Shown piece after piece: positions 57,692-64,000 of a stretch of 64,000 nt of DNA. The notes beneath the pieces were generated by a model. That model was not told the DNA's origin and searched no databases. It saw only the letters and a list, made by a program, of their open reading frames with translations. Each line of letters opens with the position of its first letter. The first letter of the stretch is position 1. Location: positions 536,829 through 600,828 of the forward strand of contig NW_003314292.1 of the NCBI RefSeq assembly GCF_000143415.4. The letters are read 5' to 3'. The DNA is from Selaginella moellendorffii (Eukaryota > Plantae > Lycopodiophyta). A program made the translations under genes and the position numbers.

Positions 57692-58079
57692 TTTCCTTAG
57701 ACAAGAAGATATCACAAACCGCTCAATTCTTTCAGCTAGACCTCTCAAATAGCTGAAGTTCCAGAGCAAGAACGTATGAACTACGCTAGCTTGACACCTG
57801 CTTACAAAGCTAATGGAGTGATAACCCTGTATGATAGCAACTTTACTTTGCAACTTTGATTTTTCCCTTGTCCGATGGGAAAAATCTGATTCAAAGTCGA
57901 CTATACGATCCAGAGATCCAGTCTTTAACACGTGTTTCAAACTACATCCACAATCACGGCAAAACCCAATATTGCTTGAAACATATCATCGTCGTTGTTA
58001 TCGATCAAGGAACTGTGTGATCAATGGGGGTGTAGAAGAATCGCTCACACCCAAAAGAATTTCTCGTACGTCGTATCTA

Positions 58080-59151
58080 TCACGACTGCGTCGCCGTGCC
58101 ACTGCCACCAATGCCGTGCCTTTCCATCACTCTCCGCGCGGCAAGAGCCGCCGCCTCGCTGGCTCGCAGCCCTCCCGCGGCCATGAGCGCAGTAAACTCG
58201 CGAGTGATCTCCTCCTGGACTTTGGCTCTCGCGTCCTCCATCTTGGTGGCGGCGGCTTTCTTCCGTCCAGCTCTTCCCTCATCGCCGCGAGAAGCCACCT
58301 TAGCCGTCTTGACTGCTCGCGAAGAGCGCATCCTCTGGAGCTCTAGATCTTCGTCTTCGGGTATGGTGGTGGTGAGGCACTCTTCCTTGGCACGTCTGGC
58401 CATCGCTACACGCTGTGGCGTCCCCGTCGCCTCTGCTAGTTCAGGCACTTGCGGGACCCCTCCATATCTCAGGGTGGTCTCCATTTGCTGGATCATCGGC
58501 TCTAAGAGAATCAAACAGTCAGCGAAGAAAAAGATCCACAAAAGCAAAAACAAAATTGGCACTCACGGAGCAAGTATCCCATGGGAGTGGTGATCACGTC
58601 TTGAGGCAGCCGCAAAATGTAGTCCGGGATGTCCACTCCGAGCAGAAACTGCGCCACCTCGTTGCTAAAGTTGTTGCAATTGTGCGACAGGATGCTGTAA
58701 GTCTGGACCGTGTAGCGGGGACTGATCTCCCTGAGGTAATCCTCAAACACCTCCTTTGGCACTTGAGTTCTTCCAAGCTCGACCGTGTTCACGGGACGGC
58801 CGTAGGGCGTGCGCCCCGGATTGCTGGTCGTGATTCCACCGCTGTAGTAGTACTCGGTGCCATAGACCACCACCGAAGTGTGCCTGTGAAGAAAAACACT
58901 TGGAACTATAAGCTTGGAAGTTATTGGGGATCTTTGAGCTAACGAGGGAAATTTGCCCGTGACATACCAGATGCCCTCGATCGCTGCCCCGAGCAGCGAA
59001 GTCGAGAGCTGCCGCGCCAGGCCCTGGCTCAGGTCGTAGACGTAGAGAACCACGGAATGCGAGGCCTACAACGCGAGATTTCGGCGATCAGCGCAAGAAA
59101 ATCCTCGATCGATCGATCGCGGAATCGACATACCTCGCCGTCGGCAGCCAT
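58080..59151 (-). CDS. DESI1: PPPDE-family desumoylating isopeptidase
   Basis: VYDLSQGLARQLS, W-H (catalytic His split by an intron), HNCNNFS. First exon MAADGE followed by a GTATGT donor. Confidence 0.92.
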
Positions 59152-59918
59152 TCCAAAGCACCCCGCGTGAATCGCTCGCGCGCAACGCTTCCTCTCCTCT
59201 TCGTTCTTCGCCTTAAACCCTAATCTCACGCGCTTGAAAGCTTCTAGGTCATTCCATGTTGGCGTCTAGAACGTTCGTTAGAATATTCCGTATTTTGGTA
59301 CCGTTGGTACGGATGGGCAGTCCGTACGGCCCGCGTGCGCTCATGATAGCATCTGCACATGTCAAGTGCCCAGCATATTCGCTTTCTTTGCTGTGGCTTG
59401 CAGGGAATCGTTTGATATTTCTTGGCCTTGTTTCGTTATCACACGCTCCATTATACTATTGTAGTTCCTCAAAGGATAAAGATCAGGAATTTACTAATGG
59501 AGTTTTTTCTATTTTACTGTGCTTGAATGGGAGAACTTGAGTGAGAATTGTTAAAACTCTTTCTCTTAGATACATGGTTGGCGGGGAACCTTTTATTAAT
59601 TTGGTAATTAGCGAAATAATCAAGTTAGAGTGTCCAACGAAAATGTTGTTAGGTGGCTATCTACAATATTTATAGTTATACGGTCACTCACATATGAAGC
59701 GGTCGATCACCAATGTGAGCTTGTGTGTCTTGGATGATCTTCTCGCAAGCGGCTGTACGTACTGCAGTAGTAGAATAGAGAACGTTGGGCGTAGACATAG
59801 CTAAATCGAATGATCGAATGCTCGAAGTCTTGATCTAACGTACATAATCTATATACGTACTTGGAGAGGTGACGTGCGCGTTAACGTCGCTGAAAGATCT
59901 ATGATAGATTGATCCTGT

Positions 59919-62900
59919 TCATTTGGCGGAGCCGCCACCTCCAGCGGCACCACCACCAGCAACGCCACCACCGCCACCCCCTCCCCCAATGTTCGGAGTC
60001 CAAAAATCGGCACCATTGTCATTGGCAACCTGGAGTGTGCAGGAGATTGGAACCAGGCAAAGCCCTCGGCTCCTCAAATCCTGCCTTGGCTCGTCGTTGT
60101 CTCTGGATTTGTTCGATGCATCGGAAGAACTCATCGCCCAAGACGAGGATGATCCTTTCATCGCACCCTCCACCACCTGCAAGTTGTGGTGAAAGCCACA
60201 CATTAATTAGTATATATTGGAAATTCTATCCCGTATCGATCAACCAGGAATCGATCTATATGCATTGATCAACTTGACAAAAGCATCTTTCTAAATGCTT
60301 TAGAAAACCCATGCCGCTACTGACCGCTGCCAAGCAATCGAGACAGGAAAGATGCTGCCATGATTCTAACACACAGCTCGCAGTAGTGAGACAGAAGGGA
60401 CGAGAAGTAAGAAGAGAACTCTTGCAGCAGAGAATTAGAGTAGTTTGGCAATCTATAGCGTTTGTAAACTTTATCTTTTGATAACGAGGGAAGAAATTTA
60501 GAAGAGAGAATAAAAGAGAGAGAGAGCGGGAGAGAGATAAAGCTGCGAAAGAGAAAAGAGTACGAGAGCGACGAGGGCTGATCAATCACTTACATTGGGC
60601 CTCCCCGGGACTCCAGCGCCTGCAACTGCGTTCTTCATGTACGGTGTGCTTAGAACCTGGCAGCATGTGAACAAAACAGTTGTACGGTCAGGCCCAGTTT
60701 CCAGAGCTTGGGAGCAGCAAGAGAATGCAATCATCCCATCCACCAAAGCTTGGGCTGCTTGATTCGATGCAGCCTCACACAGGCAGACGTCTGGATCATT
60801 CACAGGCAGCCCAGCAGGCAGATTTAAGCATTCTTTTCCTCTCTTTTCTATACTTTTTTCTTTCTTTTGTGATTGCTTGTTTGTCTCTCAAGCAGTAAGA
60901 CAAACAAGCAGTAACACGGTGCCAGGAGATGGAAGATGTATAAACAGGCAGTAAGACACACAGACACACGTGATACAATGATCAAACCCACAGAAGCAAA
61001 TAGCTGTGATATGCAATGATCCCGGAGGTAAGCTCCTTCACTTGGGGATGTGTTTAAAGTAATCTGGGACATTACCTGGACTTGTTCGTGCAGGAACTTA
61101 ATGTAGCCTATGGCCTCCAGAAGGACAGAAGCAGTGTCAGTCTGAGAGAAAACACCCATCAGCCTTGAATCCAGCGAAAAAAATCCACAGCCAAGTAAAG
61201 AATTTCGAGGGAGTTTTTATCCACACCTTTCCAAATGGAGCCACTAGCTGCTGGAGTGCTGTGATCCGTTCACCCAGTTTCTCCTTCCGCACCTGCAAAA
61301 CGAATGTGGTGGCCTGTTCATCAAACTCTCAGTTCACAAGGTTTCTTTTGTGGAAAAACAAAAGGTAGCAACTTAAAAAAGAAAAACAAAAGAGAAGATT
61401 ATGAAAGAGAAAAGCAAAGGAGAACAGAACAGAGAGAAGGAAAGAAATTCACCTTGAAAGGTAAAGTTGGAGCTGCCTGCTGCTGCTGCTGCTCTATCCT
61501 TGGCCTCTTGAAGAATGTCTCTGGATGATCGCTGCTGCTGTTTGATCCTCGCTTTGAAACAGGCTCGGACGACAAAACCTCTCGGCTTTCATCCATCTAT
61601 ATCATGTAGAAAACGAACAACAACAACTTAGCAAAGAGATCATCCAGCTAGGTAAAGTTGCACTACTCGAGTTCCGCTTGAACACACAGACAAGCAGCAA
61701 GGAAAGGAAAGAGAAAATTAAAGTTCATGCATGATCATATCTATGATTCTCTTCTTTTTCTCCTCTCCTTTTGAAAAATGATCCTTGCAGTGCAGTGATA
61801 GAAGTTTCAAGAACAAGAGCAAGAAGAACAAGAAGCCTTGACAAGAAGAGAAGAAAAAAGAAGATAAGTGTCTAAAGTTTTGTGTGGTGGCTTACCAAGT
61901 GTTTGCTGGCATGAGAATCTTTGCTGTCATGCGAATGTTGTGAGGTGATTCCCGAGCTGTGCTGGGACATGGAGCAGCTTTGTTCTCTCTGCTGCTGCTG
62001 GCCTTTGCTGTTCGAGTACAAAGCTGGCTCGGCTTTCGGGCTCACATAGTTTCCAAAAGACCTCGAACCGGATCCAAACAGGTTTCCACCACGCTTCGAA
62101 GTTGAGGGAAGAACTTGCGAGAGCATGGCTGGTAATCTGCTAGAGTGAGCTCCCCATCTGCTAGGGCTGGGCACCTCGCTGCTCATCATGACGTTGTTTG
62201 GATTTGGAATCGTCGGTGGTGGTGGAAGCATCGAGTGCTGCTGCTGCTGCTGCTGCTGTTGGGTGATGAGGAACTGTGCATCCATCTCTTGCTTGATCTT
62301 GCTCCTGCCTCCAATGAGTTGGGAGCCTCCAAAACCGTCCAGGCTGCTGGTAACTGCTGCTGCTCTCGATGACCAATTGGTGCTCGAATCCATGTTTAAG
62401 TGATGGCCCGGCAGCGAGAATTGCTGCTGCTGCTGCTTGATCATCATGTCGTCAATGCTTTCGAATCCAGAAGCAGCGGCCGAGCTCTTGAGAGGACTAA
62501 ACTCGGGCCACGGCTCTGACACGGCCTTGTTCAAGAGCTTCATGCTGGAGAAGAAGGCCTCGTTGTCAAGGCTAGCTTCCTCATTCCCGGAGCTCCCTCT
62601 GTGCAGACACAAACAAAGAGAATTTAGTTCCCCACGATACGTCCGCAAATCACGGCATGGCTAACGTAAGAAAGAAATAGCAAGAGATTTCGTACATGAG
62701 AATGGAGCCCCATGAAGCTGGATTGCCGGAAATCTGATCGGGATCCACCAGGGTGGTGTTCATGGTGGAGGTGAAATCGCTGTGCTCGATCGCCATATGG
62801 TGGCTGGGGAGCTGCTCGTTCACTTCTGGAGCCGTGGGGAGGCAACCCAATTGTCCCGGCGACCAGTCTCCACCTTCGAGATCCGGCAAGCCTTGGGTGG

Positions 62901-63477
62901 ATCCAGCGGTCTGGTTCCAGTTCACGGCTGGGAGCTGATCATCCTGATCTCGCCCGCTCCACCATGATGAGACTGCCGTGCCGCTGCTCGTGACCGGTGG
63001 CGCGGTGGAGCTCAAACTGGACGAAGTTGGAAGCGCGTTCTCTAAGTTGTCACCCATGAAGGAATTAGAAGCAGCACCATTCAAGATCTCGGACCAGCTG
63101 CAAGAAGAGAGCACACGATCAGTAAGAATTCTCTCACACGGCAATCGGATAAGACTATGGAACACTGTGCGGTATAGTGTTTCAAGAACTTACACCGAGG
63201 AATGGATGGCTTGTGGTGGTGGAGCTTGTATGGATGTGGAACATTCAAGATTGGTGGTGGTGGTGGTGGTGGTGCTGTTCGTCGAGGAGCCTTCGGAATT
63301 GAGAGGGCTGTGAGCGACGCTAGCGCAAGCTGTTGCTGCTGATTTCTGCTGTGGATTGCTGGATGCAGATGTGGTGGACGAGAGCAGCAGCTGAGACAGA
63401 TTGACGGCCGCAATTGCTGATTCTGCTCCTGAAAACGGGAACGCATTCAGCAGCCGGCTATCTGCGTGATGCAACAT
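59919..63477 (-). CDS. bHLH transcription factor (bHLH110/112/123-like), multi-exon, poly-Gln
   Basis: [72 protein letters not shown]. Start codon inferred. Confidence 0.9.
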
Positions 63478-64000
63478 CGAGGCGGCGGCGCGAGATCTCT
63501 CGAGAAACACTACTCCGGAGAAGAAAGAGGAGAGTTATAAGTCTTGCTATCGACTGCATCAACCCTTCCCCTCCTCCTAAGAAAGAAAGAAGAAAACGAT
63601 TTTTCTTTGTGGCGAGCCGGGGCCACGGGTCTTGACAAGAGGAAGATCTCCAAACGTCTCCCACCAAGGAGAATTGTTAGAATATATAGCGTGGAGATCG
63701 AACGGGAATTCCTCCCTGGCGCGTTTAGTAACGACAACACAAGAGATTCTTCATTAGCGCTGGAAGAAGAAGAGTGAGAATTTGTAAAATGCGATTGCCA
63801 AACTGGATCCAGCGAGTGATCCCTGCGCTCCACAAATCCAAATAAAATTCTGGGCTTTGACCGGGGCAATCTTTGGAGCGAGACGAACGAGCTCTCTCCC
63901 GAGCAACAAAACAAAGAAGAAGAGGAGTCAACCCAGGCCAATGAGTATATATATGTAGTTATAGTTATCCCAGCATGAATGGGCCATGGATGCCCATGCC

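Overview
Eukaryotic plant nuclear DNA, gene-dense with very short introns (about 40-90 nt). This most resembles a lycophyte such as Selaginella (inference). The left part holds a degenerate Ty3/Gypsy LTR element with a 175-bp LTR, a tRNA-Ala-like PBS and a canonical -1 frameshift heptamer between gag and pol. It is followed by AT-rich repeat DNA, a COPT copper transporter plus its pseudogene, a bZIP, and a head-to-head hnRNP F/H-like / REV3 pair; REV3 has a U12 intron and a GC-AG intron. Next come a P-loop ATPase-like pseudogene, UTP14 and an L-cysteine desulfhydrase. Positions 28.9-53.7 kb are a tandem segmental duplication of the unit [LCD - G-type lectin RLK(s) - LPR-like multicopper oxidase]. 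The left copy has a mosaic RLK with a nonsense mutation, a 9.5-kb TE nest (Gypsy pol, hAT, Tcn1-like chromovirus) in the RLK/oxidase shared promoter, and a broken oxidase. The right end has a malectin-LRR RLK, DeSI1 and a bHLH. No clearly novel enzymatic system was found. The best leads are the divergent RLK-oxidase pair, the frameshift signal, the duplication history and the fungal-like ATPase family.
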